Below, piece by piece: positions 31,752-40,571 of a DNA stretch of 64,000 nt. Position numbers and translations under genes: made by a program. The stretch spans positions 2,750 to 66,749 of the forward strand of contig JBJXGH010000191.1 in NCBI GenBank assembly GCA_046153685.1, given 5' to 3'. The number at the start of each line of letters is the position of its first letter. Position 1 is the first letter of the stretch. The notes beneath the pieces were generated by a model. That model saw only the letters and a list, made by a program, of their open reading frames with translations, was not told the origin of the DNA and did not search any database. The stretch comes from Alphaproteobacteria bacterium (GTDB taxonomy: Bacteria > Pseudomonadota > Alphaproteobacteria > CADEGL01).

Positions 31752-32525
31752 ATGATGCAGAACGACACCAGCCGCGTTGCGACCGGCGGCAAGGCGGTTT
31801 ACGGCGCCTGCCTCGGCATTCTGATGCTGGACGCGCGGTTCCCGCGTATTCCAGGCGATATGGGCAACGCCACGACCTGGCCATTCCCCGTGCTGTACAA
31901 GGTCGTGCCGGGCGCCACGCCCGAACGCGTGGTGCTGCAAGGTGCTACGGGCCTGCTCGACACATTTCTCGAAGCCGCCGCCGAACTCGTGCATATCGGC
32001 GCCGACGGCATCACCACCAATTGCGGCTTTCTATCGCTCTATCAGGCCGATATCGCGCGCCATTGCCGCGTGCCCGTCGCGACTTCGAGCCTCATGCAGG
32101 TGCCCTTCGTTCAGGCCCTGCTACCGCCGGGCAAGCGCGTGGGCGTACTCACGGTGAGCGCGCGCACGCTCACCCCCGCCCATCTCGCCGCCGCCCATGT
32201 GCCGCTCGATACGCCGATCGAAGGCACGGATGGCGGCCGCGAATTCACCCGCGTGCTGATGGGCAATATCGAACGCCTCGACGGCGCCCTCGCCGAGCAG
32301 GACATCCTGGACGCGGGCGACAGGTTGTTGAAAAGGGCGCCGGACGTGGGCGCGATCGTGCTCGAATGCACGAACATGGTGCCCTATGCGCGCGCGCTGC
32401 GGCGCAGGCTCGATTTGCCGGTGTTCGACATCTATAACTTCATCTCCTGGTTCCACGCCGCGCTGTCGCCGCGCGATTTCGGCCCGCCAGGCTCTGCCCC
32501 CGGCGCGCACGCGACCATTCCCTGA
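31752..32525 (+). CDS. Asp/Glu/hydantoin racemase-family protein
   Basis: GILMLDARFPRIPGDMGNATTWPFPVLYKVV...ITTNCGFL...LECTNM (two Cys-containing half-sites). The start is 31752 or 31755 after GGAGAGG; the track ORF begins at TTG 31701. Confidence 0.65.
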   Translation: MMQNDTSRVATGGKAVYGACLGILMLDARFPRIPGDMGNATTWPFPVLYKVVPGATPERVVLQGATGLLDTFLEAAAELVHIGADGITTNCGFLSLYQADIARHCRVPVATSSLMQVPFVQALLPPGKRVGVLTVSARTLTPAHLAAAHVPLDTPIEGTDGGREFTRVLMGNIERLDGALAEQDILDAGDRLLKRAPDVGAIVLECTNMVPYARALRRRLDLPVFDIYNFISWFHAALSPRDFGPPGSAPGAHATIP

Positions 32526-32543
32526 CGCGAGATCAAGCGCAAC

Positions 32544-33236
32544 ATGACCGACCATCCCCGAGCAGACATCGCGGTTCTCGCCGACGATCCGGTGAAGAAC
32601 CATCCGACGCGCGGCGAGCAGCTCGACATCCTTGCGAGCCTTGCGGCGGATCTTTTGAAGCCTGGCGACTCGCTGATCGATTTGGGCGTGGGTGTCGGCT
32701 ATGTCGCGCGCATGATCGCCGCGCGCGTGCCGGATCTCGAATTCACGGGCATCGATTTGAAGCCCGCCTCGCTCGCCGAGGCGCGCGCGTGCCTTTCGCC
32801 GCTAGTGGGCAAACTATGCCTCGTCGAGGGCGATTTGAACGCGCTCGATTCCCTCGCCGTCCCCGGCGGGACGTTCCGCTGCGCGGTGTCGGTGCTGACC
32901 TTTCACGACCTTCCCGATGACGCCAAGCGCCGGGCGATCGCGTGGATCGCGCGCCATCTGCAACCGGGCGGTGTGTTCTTGTTCCTCGACCGGGTGCGGC
33001 TCGACGAGGCGGCGCTGTTCCCGCTTCAAGTATCGCTTTGGAATCGGATGACCCGCGTTTATGGCGCGTCCATGCGCCGCGCGGATACTTACGAGGATTA
33101 TCTGGCCGACCTCACCGCGACGAACCGGGTGGCGCGTTTCAAGGACTACCTGTCCTGGTTCGCCGCCGAGGGCCTCGCCGCCGATTGCATTCACCGGCAC
33201 GGCAATATCGCTCTGTTCGGCGCGGCGAAGACCTAG
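32544..33236 (+). CDS. class I SAM-dependent methyltransferase
   Basis: LIDLGVGVGYVA (motif I), followed by a Rossmann-like layout. Confidence 0.7.
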   Translation: MTDHPRADIAVLADDPVKNHPTRGEQLDILASLAADLLKPGDSLIDLGVGVGYVARMIAARVPDLEFTGIDLKPASLAEARACLSPLVGKLCLVEGDLNALDSLAVPGGTFRCAVSVLTFHDLPDDAKRRAIAWIARHLQPGGVFLFLDRVRLDEAALFPLQVSLWNRMTRVYGASMRRADTYEDYLADLTATNRVARFKDYLSWFAAEGLAADCIHRHGNIALFGAAKT

Positions 33237-33243
33237 ACCGCGT

Positions 33244-33849
33244 TCAGGCCCGGACCACCGCCGCGACCTCGTGATAGCTGCGCACGGGTTCCTTGGCGAG
33301 CATGGCGGCATAAGGTGTCACGGTTGCTTGGTAGGCGCCGTCGCGCTCGTTCGCCTCGCAATCGGCCTTCGAGCCCCAGAGCGTGAGCGATACGAGTTCA
33401 CCTGTCTTGCGGTCGGCAAACAGGTACGCGCCGCGAAATCCCGGCTCGGCCTTGTACGCCGCCACCCGTTCCGGCAACCCGGCAAGAACCTCGGCAAAGC
33501 GGTCGATCTTGAACCAGGGCTTCGCTAGGCGCGCCCAACCGACGGGATCGGGACGGCCCGAGGCCACGGCGGCGGCGACGGTGTAATAATGTTTGTCGGG
33601 CTCGGTTTTGCGCAGCTCCCGGAACGGCGTTTCGGCGGCGGTGAAATGCCCGCCCTGTTCGTTGGCGCGGCAGGATGGCTCGTCGGCGAAGATGACGACC
33701 GATACGGACTTGCCGGTCGCGGGATCGAGCAGCAGGAAACCGGCCTCGAACCCCTTGCCGCGATAATCGGCGACCGAGAGCGGCCACATGCGCCGCACAT
33801 CGGCCAGGCGTTCGGTCTTGAAGGTCACGTAATTGACGCGTCCGAACAT
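33244..33849 (-). CDS. tandem two-domain ABM/Dabb-like (ferredoxin-fold) protein
   Basis: Start at Met46. The two halves of about 100 aa are visibly related (…GFEAGFLLLDPATGKSVSVVIFADEPSCRANEQ… versus …GFRGAYLFADRKTGELVSLTLWGSKADCEANER…). The family call is tentative. Confidence 0.5.
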   Translation of the reverse strand: MFGRVNYVTFKTERLADVRRMWPLSVADYRGKGFEAGFLLLDPATGKSVSVVIFADEPSCRANEQGGHFTAAETPFRELRKTEPDKHYYTVAAAVASGRPDPVGWARLAKPWFKIDRFAEVLAGLPERVAAYKAEPGFRGAYLFADRKTGELVSLTLWGSKADCEANERDGAYQATVTPYAAMLAKEPVRSYHEVAAVVRA

Positions 33850-33859
33850 GGCATTCCCC

Positions 33860-34192
33860 TCAGCGTTTGCGCCGGCGCGCGGGTGCCGGTTTTTCGAGCG
33901 CGGCCAATCCCTTGAGAATCCGGGTGTATTGCGGCTTGGTGAAGGCCTTGAGCGTGTTCGAGCGGATGGCACCCCACGCGCCAACCGCCAAGAGGAACTG
34001 CGCCATCGCCTCGTCGCTCGGACATTCGAAGACGACGACGAAATCGTATTCGCCCATCGTCATGTAGTAATCCTTGATGCGCCCACCGAGGCGTTTCATC
34101 AGCGCGCGGCCGCGATCCGAGCGGCTCAGCGAATCCTTCATGGTCTTCACGCCCTGCTCGGTCAGGTTCATGAGCGCGATATAGGTGTTCAT
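33860..34192 (-). CDS. GYD domain-containing protein
   Basis: Start at Met23: MNTYIALMNLTEQGVKTMKDS...YYMTMGEYDFVVVFECPSDEAMAQF... Confidence 0.75.
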   Translation of the reverse strand: MNTYIALMNLTEQGVKTMKDSLSRSDRGRALMKRLGGRIKDYYMTMGEYDFVVVFECPSDEAMAQFLLAVGAWGAIRSNTLKAFTKPQYTRILKGLAALEKPAPARRRKR

Positions 34193-34270
34193 GTCGTCCC
34201 CTTGGTTTCCGGCGGCATCCGCCCCATCGCGCTCCAGCCTAGTCGCGCGCACCAACAAAGGACAGGCGCG

Positions 34271-35131
34271 TTAGGACGCACGGGCGCGCGCGAGATGGGC
34301 GAGAAGAAGCTCGCCGAGAATCGGCAGGAGCGAAAGCGACACGGCATGGCCCGCGCCCGCGATCACCTCAAGACGCGCGCCGGGAATTCGTCGAGCCAAG
34401 TCCTCGCCGTGCGCGCGGCCGAAATATTTGTCTTCGGCGGCCTGAATAACGGTGGTGGGTGCACGAACGGCCGAGAGCATCTCGTAATGGGGTGGACTTT
34501 CGCGCATCGCCGCGCCTTGACGCCCTACCCCTTCGGGGTTGTAGCCGCGCGCGAGCAGCAAATCGATCCAGATACGCTTCTCGTCCGCCGAACGCGCATG
34601 CAGGCTGCCATCGGAATGGGCGAGGACGGCTTGCAGCCGCGCCTCGGCGTCCCGGCCGTCCTTCACCGGGTCCGCTGGGCTGGGCGTAACCATCGGGCGG
34701 CCGATAGGCGGCAGTCCCGGCGCGCGCGAGGTCGAGAAAAGCGGAACCAGGCTTGTGACCAATTCGGGCCTTTGCGCCGCAAGGATTTGGGCGACACAGC
34801 CGCCCATGGAAAATCCGACAACATGCGCGCGCGCGATGCCCAAGCCATCGAGCAGGCCCGCGGCGTCGGCCGCCAAATCCGATAGCGAATAGGCCCTCTG
34901 GCCGGCGGGCGGTCCCGCCTGCCCGCCGCCATTGAGCCAAGTCGAACGGCCGCAATCGCGCGTATCGAACCGGAGCGTCCGATAGCCCAAATCGGCCAAG
35001 CGCCAGACCAGGCCGGCGGGCCAGTGATGGATGGTGTCGATGAGGCCGGAGACGATGAAGGCGACCTCGCCCCGGGGCGGGCCAGAAAGCTCATAGGCGA
35101 GCTCGACCTCGCCCACGCGCAGCAAAGCCAT
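34271..35131 (-). CDS. alpha/beta-fold hydrolase
   Basis: Start at Met22. Nucleophile elbow GFSMGG. The ATG lies 1 nt after the upstream TAG. Confidence 0.8.
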   Translation of the reverse strand: MALLRVGEVELAYELSGPPRGEVAFIVSGLIDTIHHWPAGLVWRLADLGYRTLRFDTRDCGRSTWLNGGGQAGPPAGQRAYSLSDLAADAAGLLDGLGIARAHVVGFSMGGCVAQILAAQRPELVTSLVPLFSTSRAPGLPPIGRPMVTPSPADPVKDGRDAEARLQAVLAHSDGSLHARSADEKRIWIDLLLARGYNPEGVGRQGAAMRESPPHYEMLSAVRAPTTVIQAAEDKYFGRAHGEDLARRIPGARLEVIAGAGHAVSLSLLPILGELLLAHLARARAS

Positions 35132-35132
35132 A

Positions 35133-36617
35133 CTAATCGTCCACGATCTTGACGAGCGCGCCGGCCTTGAGCGGCTCGCCCGCACGCAGACCATTCAACA
35201 CCGAGAAGCGCTCGACCTTGTAATCGTCGAACGGCATGGCCGCGGCGATTTTCTCTGCGCTTTCGCCCGCGCGCACCTGATGCAGGCGAATGCGATAAGG
35301 AACCTGCTTGGCCGCCTCGGCTTCGGTCATGATCTTGAAGCTGTGCGTCGTGCGCCCAAATCCTTCGCGCAATTTCTGGGCCTCGGCCGGAGGCGCGACG
35401 AACAGAAAACGATAGACAACGCGCTTGTCCAGCCTGATCGCCACCAAGTGCAGCTCGACCGCGCCGCCGCCCTGCACCGAGGCACGCGCCGAAGCACTCG
35501 CAGCCTCCAGGCCGTTCACTTTCAGGGTTTCGACATCGCGCAGATTGAGGCCGCGCGCCCAGACCCGCGTCAAATAATTTTGCGTCGTGCCCACGGTGTC
35601 CTTGGTCGTCAAGTCGAACAGGATGCGCGCCTTGTCGGGGCCGCTGGCCATTACCTGGGTCGGGGAGTTGAACAGGCGGAAATTGGCCGGCACCTCGAAG
35701 CGAAACCGGAGTTTCGGATGGACGAACTCCCGGTTGCGCACGAAGCCGTTGTCGCGGTCACCACCATAATAGAGGCCGTCGATGCGATGCAGATAGCTCG
35801 CCGCGCCGACCTCGACCGGCCCCGCGGGCATCTGGCGCCTGGCCTCGGCGGCGGAGTCGATTACACGCTTGGCCGCGCGCGGATGGGTCGCAAACAGACT
35901 GTAGCGGTCCGAGCCCGATCGTCCGGCAAGCTTGTCCTCAAGCTGGCTGCTCATTTCGAGACTGTTCATGAATGACGACATGCCCATGGGATCGTAGCCG
36001 TGCTTGGCGATGTAGCGGATGCCGAGCGTATCGGCTTCGGATTCCTGGTCGCGGGAATAGCTCGCAAGAAAGGCCATGGCGCCGTAATCGGCGATACCCT
36101 GGCTGAGGCCACCCGTGGCGGCGCCGAGAATGCCGAGCAAAACCTGCGCCCCGACCGTCTGACTGTAGCGCTCCGCCGTGTGACGGGCGGTAACGTGGCC
36201 GATTTCGTGCCCGATCACGCCCGCAAGCTCCGCCTCGTTATTTGCGAGCGCGAGCAATCCGCTCGTGATGTAAATGAAGCCGCCGGGCAGGGCAAAGGCG
36301 TTCACGATATCGCTGTTCAGTACCGTGAACGTCCATTTAAGGTCGGGCCGCTCGGATATGCTGGCGACCTTTTGCCCTAGCGCGTCCACATAGGCGCGGA
36401 TCTTTTGGTCTTCGTGCTCGCCGCCGAATTCCGCGATGATCAACGGATGTTGCTGCTGGCCGATGCGCAATTCCTCGGAGGAGGACATGAGGCCGGTGAA
36501 GGCCGTGCGTCCGGCGGGATTGGTCTCGCACGAGGCAAGAGCCACGAAGGCGAGCGCGGCGATACCCGCGCGCAAGCGGCGGCCCAGATTCGGGCTTCGG
36601 CGATTCTCTGGGATCAT
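35133..36617 (-). CDS. M48-family Zn metalloprotease lipoprotein with C-terminal LysM domain
   Basis: Lipobox LASC, HEIGHVTARH zinc motif, and C-terminal YRIRLHQVRAGESAEKIAA...LNGL (LysM-like). Confidence 0.8.
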   Translation of the reverse strand: MIPENRRSPNLGRRLRAGIAALAFVALASCETNPAGRTAFTGLMSSSEELRIGQQQHPLIIAEFGGEHEDQKIRAYVDALGQKVASISERPDLKWTFTVLNSDIVNAFALPGGFIYITSGLLALANNEAELAGVIGHEIGHVTARHTAERYSQTVGAQVLLGILGAATGGLSQGIADYGAMAFLASYSRDQESEADTLGIRYIAKHGYDPMGMSSFMNSLEMSSQLEDKLAGRSGSDRYSLFATHPRAAKRVIDSAAEARRQMPAGPVEVGAASYLHRIDGLYYGGDRDNGFVRNREFVHPKLRFRFEVPANFRLFNSPTQVMASGPDKARILFDLTTKDTVGTTQNYLTRVWARGLNLRDVETLKVNGLEAASASARASVQGGGAVELHLVAIRLDKRVVYRFLFVAPPAEAQKLREGFGRTTHSFKIMTEAEAAKQVPYRIRLHQVRAGESAEKIAAAMPFDDYKVERFSVLNGLRAGEPLKAGALVKIVDD

Positions 36618-36630
36618 GTCGGCACCGGCA

Positions 36631-37437
36631 TCAGTTTGGGACTAGTTCGATCTGCTCGGGATGGGTTGCTTGGATCGCTGGCCCGTTGCGCGATTTTAGC
36701 CACCCGCGCACGCGGACGCGACGGCCTTCTAGGAACTTGGGATCGAGGCCCGCTTCGCGAAAGACCTTGAAGTCGGCAGGGTCGATTTCGATCGTGAAGT
36801 CCGTGCGCCAATTGCGCCCGAAATTGAGGAAGGCGCGGCCGCGCACCACGGCTACGGCCTCTATGCGGCCTTCGACCAATTGGAAACTGTCGATGTGGCG
36901 CTCGGCGTCTTCGGGGGAAAGGATGCGGTAAAAGCCATCGGACCAGATACCCCGCCCCTTGGCGCGCGCCTCGCGCTCGAGGCCAAGCATCTCGCGCGAC
37001 AGCGCGCGGTTGTCCGCCCAGGTGTAAACCCGCGCCATGCCCGACGCGAGCAAGACGCCTTGAACCCAAGTGCCGTCGGGCAAATGGATATGGGCGAGAA
37101 TCCGACCGTGCCGGTCGCGCCGCGCGCCGCCGTAGCTAAGGCTCACATTCCGATCTTGAACCAGGCGTTGCAATTCGGCTTTGGCCTCCTCGGCCAGGGG
37201 CCAGGCTGGGAAATGGGGCCGGCCAAGGGGCAATTTGGGCGCCTGGATGCCGACGAGCCGCACCTGGTTGCCATCCGCCAACACCACCGTGTCGCCATCG
37301 ACGACCTCGATAACCCGCGCGTTTGCGCCGGTTTCGAGCGCCCGGGCCGGGCCCATCCAAGGCACGGCCAGCAAGAGCAGCGCCAAGGCCGCGCCCTTGC
37401 TCCGATGGACGATGGCCGGAAAAACTCCACCCGTCAC
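36631..37437 (-). CDS. thermonuclease (staphylococcal nuclease, SNase-like) family protein
   Basis: VVDGDTVVLADGNQVRLVGIQAPK...RDRHGRILAHI, with a signal-like N-terminus. Confidence 0.75.
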   Translation of the reverse strand: MTGGVFPAIVHRSKGAALALLLLAVPWMGPARALETGANARVIEVVDGDTVVLADGNQVRLVGIQAPKLPLGRPHFPAWPLAEEAKAELQRLVQDRNVSLSYGGARRDRHGRILAHIHLPDGTWVQGVLLASGMARVYTWADNRALSREMLGLEREARAKGRGIWSDGFYRILSPEDAERHIDSFQLVEGRIEAVAVVRGRAFLNFGRNWRTDFTIEIDPADFKVFREAGLDPKFLEGRRVRVRGWLKSRNGPAIQATHPEQIELVPN

Positions 37438-37467
37438 GGCCTGTTCCTTGTCCCCCTCGCGCCATCC

Positions 37468-37502
37468 GAAGCCATCTTATCGCGATTGGCGTCTATGGCT
37501 TC
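37468..37502. repeat. 8-bp inverted repeat GAAGCCAT-N19-ATGGCTTC in the divergent SNase/pip intergenic region
   Basis: Read directly (37468-37475 and 37495-37502). Confidence 0.6.
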
Positions 37503-37649
37503 AGCTTCGATCTTGTCCGTTGAATCCCATGACTCGATTCCGCCGCGCGATGGCGCCAAGGTCTAAGCGCCCCTTCCAGGTCAGGCGATCCGAAGATCTG
37601 GACTTGAACCTTAGGCCATGCACCAATCCTCCTCGAAACGGAGAGTGAC

Positions 37650-38615
37650 ATGGCGCGCTGGGAACTCTATCCCGACATCGATCCTTACGAGACGGGCGAA
37701 TTGGCCCTTGGCGGCCCGCATGTCATGTATTGGGAACAATCGGGCAATCCCAAGGGCATGCCTGTGCTGTTTCTGCATGGCGGCCCCGGCGCTGGGGCCA
37801 CAGCCGCGCACCGGCGGTTTTTCGATCCCGAACACTATCGGATCGCGATTTTCGACCAACGCGGCTCGGGCCGATCGCGCCCCTTGGGCGAACTCGCCGA
37901 CAACACCACGCACCATCTGATCGCCGATATCGAGATTTTGCGCCAACGCCTCGGTATCGAACGCTGGCTCGTCTTCGGCGGCTCCTGGGGTTCGACGCTC
38001 GCGCTTGCCTATGCCCAGGCCCATCCCGACCGGTGCCGGGGTCTGGTGCTACGCGGAATATTTCTGTGCCGCCGCCAGGAAATCGATTGGTTTCTCTACG
38101 GCCTTCGAACCGTGTTCCCCGAGCCGTGGCGCAATTTCGCGGGCCATCTGCCGGTCGAGGAGCGCGCGGATCTGCTCGGCAATTACCATCGCCGCCTGAT
38201 CGACCCCGATCCGGCCATCCATCTGCCCGCCGCGCGGGCCTGGAGCACCTACGAGGGTTCGTGTTCGACCCTGATGCCAAGCCCCGAGACGGTCGCGGCC
38301 TTCGGTTCGGACCGCATGGCCTTGGGGTTGGCGCGCATCGAGGCGCATTATTTCATGAACCATATTTTCATGGCCGAAGGCGCGCTCTTGAGCGGTATCG
38401 AGCGCATCCGCCATTTGCCGGCGGTCATCGTGCAGGGCCGCTACGACATGGTCTGCCCGATCGTGACCGCCGACGACCTGGTCCGCGCCTGGCCCGAGGC
38501 GGAATACATCGTCGTCCCCGATGCCGGCCATTCGGCCATGGAGCCCGGCACGCGCGCGGCCCTGGTCGCGGCGACCGAAAAGATGAAGCACCTGGCCGCC
38601 GCCAAAGCCGCATGA
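37650..38615 (+). CDS. pip: prolyl aminopeptidase (proline iminopeptidase)
   Basis: LFLHGGPGAG...FDQRGSGRS...FGGSWGSTLALAYAQAHP. Confidence 0.9.
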   Translation: MARWELYPDIDPYETGELALGGPHVMYWEQSGNPKGMPVLFLHGGPGAGATAAHRRFFDPEHYRIAIFDQRGSGRSRPLGELADNTTHHLIADIEILRQRLGIERWLVFGGSWGSTLALAYAQAHPDRCRGLVLRGIFLCRRQEIDWFLYGLRTVFPEPWRNFAGHLPVEERADLLGNYHRRLIDPDPAIHLPAARAWSTYEGSCSTLMPSPETVAAFGSDRMALGLARIEAHYFMNHIFMAEGALLSGIERIRHLPAVIVQGRYDMVCPIVTADDLVRAWPEAEYIVVPDAGHSAMEPGTRAALVAATEKMKHLAAAKAA

Positions 38616-38661
38616 AATCGCGATTTTGGGCCTCGCCTAGCGCCTTGCGCGGGGCTGCCGG

Positions 38662-39255
38662 ATGAATATGATTGGGCGGTGCCGTCGCGCGCCGCGCCGT
38701 CCGGCAGTGTTCGTTTGGGGGTCAGCCGTGTTTGCCCGTTTTGCAGCCGCCTGTGCGGCTCTTTGCCTCGTTGCGGTCTTCGGTCCCGTGCCCGCTCGCG
38801 CGGATGACGACCCGTCCTTCGTGACCTTCCAGGCAGGCGCCCTGGATCTCCTGCAGAACCACAATAAGGCCGGCGCCTTCGCGATGGAATATCGCGACAA
38901 TTCCACGTTTTGGATATTCAAGCCGTTTTTCGGCGCGATGGGCACCACCGACGGCGCGGCGCATGGCTATGGCGGCGTATTGGTCGACATCTATCTGTGG
39001 CGGCGCATTGTGTTCACGCTGAGCTTCGCGCCCGGCCTCTATCACGATGGCAAAGGCGTACAACTCGGCTTTCCATTGGAATTCCGCTCGGCGGGCGAGC
39101 TTGCCTATCGCTTCGATGACCGCTCGCGCCTGGGCTTCATGATCAATCACATTTCGAACGCGAGCCTGGGCAAGCGCAATCCCGGCACGGAAGTGATGAT
39201 GCTCAGCTATTCGGTGCCGTTCACCTCGATGCTGGGCGGGAAAGGCTCGAAATAG
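38662..39255 (+). CDS. acyloxyacyl hydrolase (PagL-like lipid A deacylase family)
   Basis: Signal-like N-terminus and an outer-membrane beta-barrel-like pattern, with HISNASLGKRNPGTEVMMLSYSVPF near the C-terminus. Confidence 0.6.
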   Translation: MNMIGRCRRAPRRPAVFVWGSAVFARFAAACAALCLVAVFGPVPARADDDPSFVTFQAGALDLLQNHNKAGAFAMEYRDNSTFWIFKPFFGAMGTTDGAAHGYGGVLVDIYLWRRIVFTLSFAPGLYHDGKGVQLGFPLEFRSAGELAYRFDDRSRLGFMINHISNASLGKRNPGTEVMMLSYSVPFTSMLGGKGSK

Positions 39256-40120
39256 GTCGGTTGACCAACCACACCCCGATCGTCGCCAGCAGAAATCCCG
39301 TGCCCGCCCCCCAGCCGATATCCTCGCCCAGCACCAACCAACCGAGAACCGCCGTCGTTCCCGGCGTGAGGTAAAAATTGGCCGAGACCTGGCCAGCTTT
39401 CCCGCGTTTGAGCATGTACAGCAACAGCGCCATGCCGCCGAGCGAGATGGCGAAGGTCAAATAGAGCAGCGTCGCGACAGTCTCCACGCTCCACTCGGCG
39501 TGAACATCCTCCAAGGCGAACGCCGCCGCGCCCGCGACGACCGCGGCGGCGCCCAATTGCACCGTGTTCGCGGGCACGAGCGCGCCCGCGCGGCAATGGC
39601 GCGCGTAATACAGCGTGCCCGCAACGAACGCGCCGACGCCCGCGATCGCCACGGCCATGGCCTCGAAGCGTTCCCAATCGTCCGCCCTCACCCCGACCAC
39701 GAGCGCCACGCCCGCGACGCCGAACGCCATGCCGCACCATTGGCGCGCACGAAAGCGCTCGCCAAGAAAATGCCCCGATAGCAGGGCGACCGCGATCGGA
39801 TGCAGCGAGCCGATGAGCGCGATGGTCGCGGCGCTGATGCGCGCCAGCGCGAGATAGGAGCAGGCAAGATAGATCCCGTTGATGAGCACGCCCGCGAGCA
39901 CGAAATGATGCCATCGCCCGGCAAGCGCGGACCAGTCCTGGCGCACGAGAAGCGCAAGCGCGCCCAAGACGGATACCGCCAAGACAAAGCGCAGGAACAG
40001 AAAATAGAGCGGCGAAATATCCGGCAGCCCCATGCGCACGGCGACGAAGGCCGAACTCCAGAGCAGCACGAACAGGGCGGGTATGGCACGCGCGAGCGCT
40101 GCCTCGCTCATCGCGCGCAC
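39221..40120 (-). CDS. EamA/DMT family transporter
   Basis: 299 aa, polytopic. ALFVLLWSSAFVAVRMGL N-terminus typical of EamA repeats. Lies 48 nt downstream of EctC-like copy A. Confidence 0.75.
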   Translation of the reverse strand: MRAMSEAALARAIPALFVLLWSSAFVAVRMGLPDISPLYFLFLRFVLAVSVLGALALLVRQDWSALAGRWHHFVLAGVLINGIYLACSYLALARISAATIALIGSLHPIAVALLSGHFLGERFRARQWCGMAFGVAGVALVVGVRADDWERFEAMAVAIAGVGAFVAGTLYYARHCRAGALVPANTVQLGAAAVVAGAAAFALEDVHAEWSVETVATLLYLTFAISLGGMALLLYMLKRGKAGQVSANFYLTPGTTAVLGWLVLGEDIGWGAGTGFLLATIGVWLVNRPISSLSRPASR

Positions 40121-40168
40121 GCGAATGCATCGCCCAACGTGCGTGCGAACGCATTGGGCGGCGCGGTG

Positions 40169-40549
40169 CTAAAGAATGGGATAGGAGCCGTCCTTGTCGT
40201 GTATCTCGGAGCCGACAAGCGCCGGAGTGAAGACACAGATAATCCGCATCCGGGTCTTGGCGGCAAGCTTGTGCCGGTCATGCTGGTCCAGGCAGTACAT
40301 CGTGCCCGGCCGCGCGGCGTAGGTCTTGCCGGTGCTCAAATCCTCGAGCGTGCCTTCGCCTTCGAGAATGTAATTGCCTTCGATATGGTTCTTGTAGTGG
40401 AGAACGGCCTCGCCTCCCGCCTCGATCGTGGTGTCGGTCATGGTGAAGCCCACGCCGTCCGCGCGCGTGAGAAAGCGCAGGCTCGAGCCGGTCGCCACCT
40501 TGCGGTGATTCGGCCCGCCCTCCAAATCTTCCTTGTAGCGAACGATCAT
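40169..40549 (-). CDS. EctC-like cupin (ectoine-synthase family), copy A
   Basis: 126 aa: MIVRYKEDL...HYKNHIEGNYILEGEGTLED...YCLDQHDRH...GSEIHDKDGSYPIL. AAGGGAGA SD upstream. Confidence 0.8.
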   Translation of the reverse strand: MIVRYKEDLEGGPNHRKVATGSSLRFLTRADGVGFTMTDTTIEAGGEAVLHYKNHIEGNYILEGEGTLEDLSTGKTYAARPGTMYCLDQHDRHKLAAKTRMRIICVFTPALVGSEIHDKDGSYPIL

Positions 40550-40571
40550 CGAAATCTCCCTTGTTGCCGAT

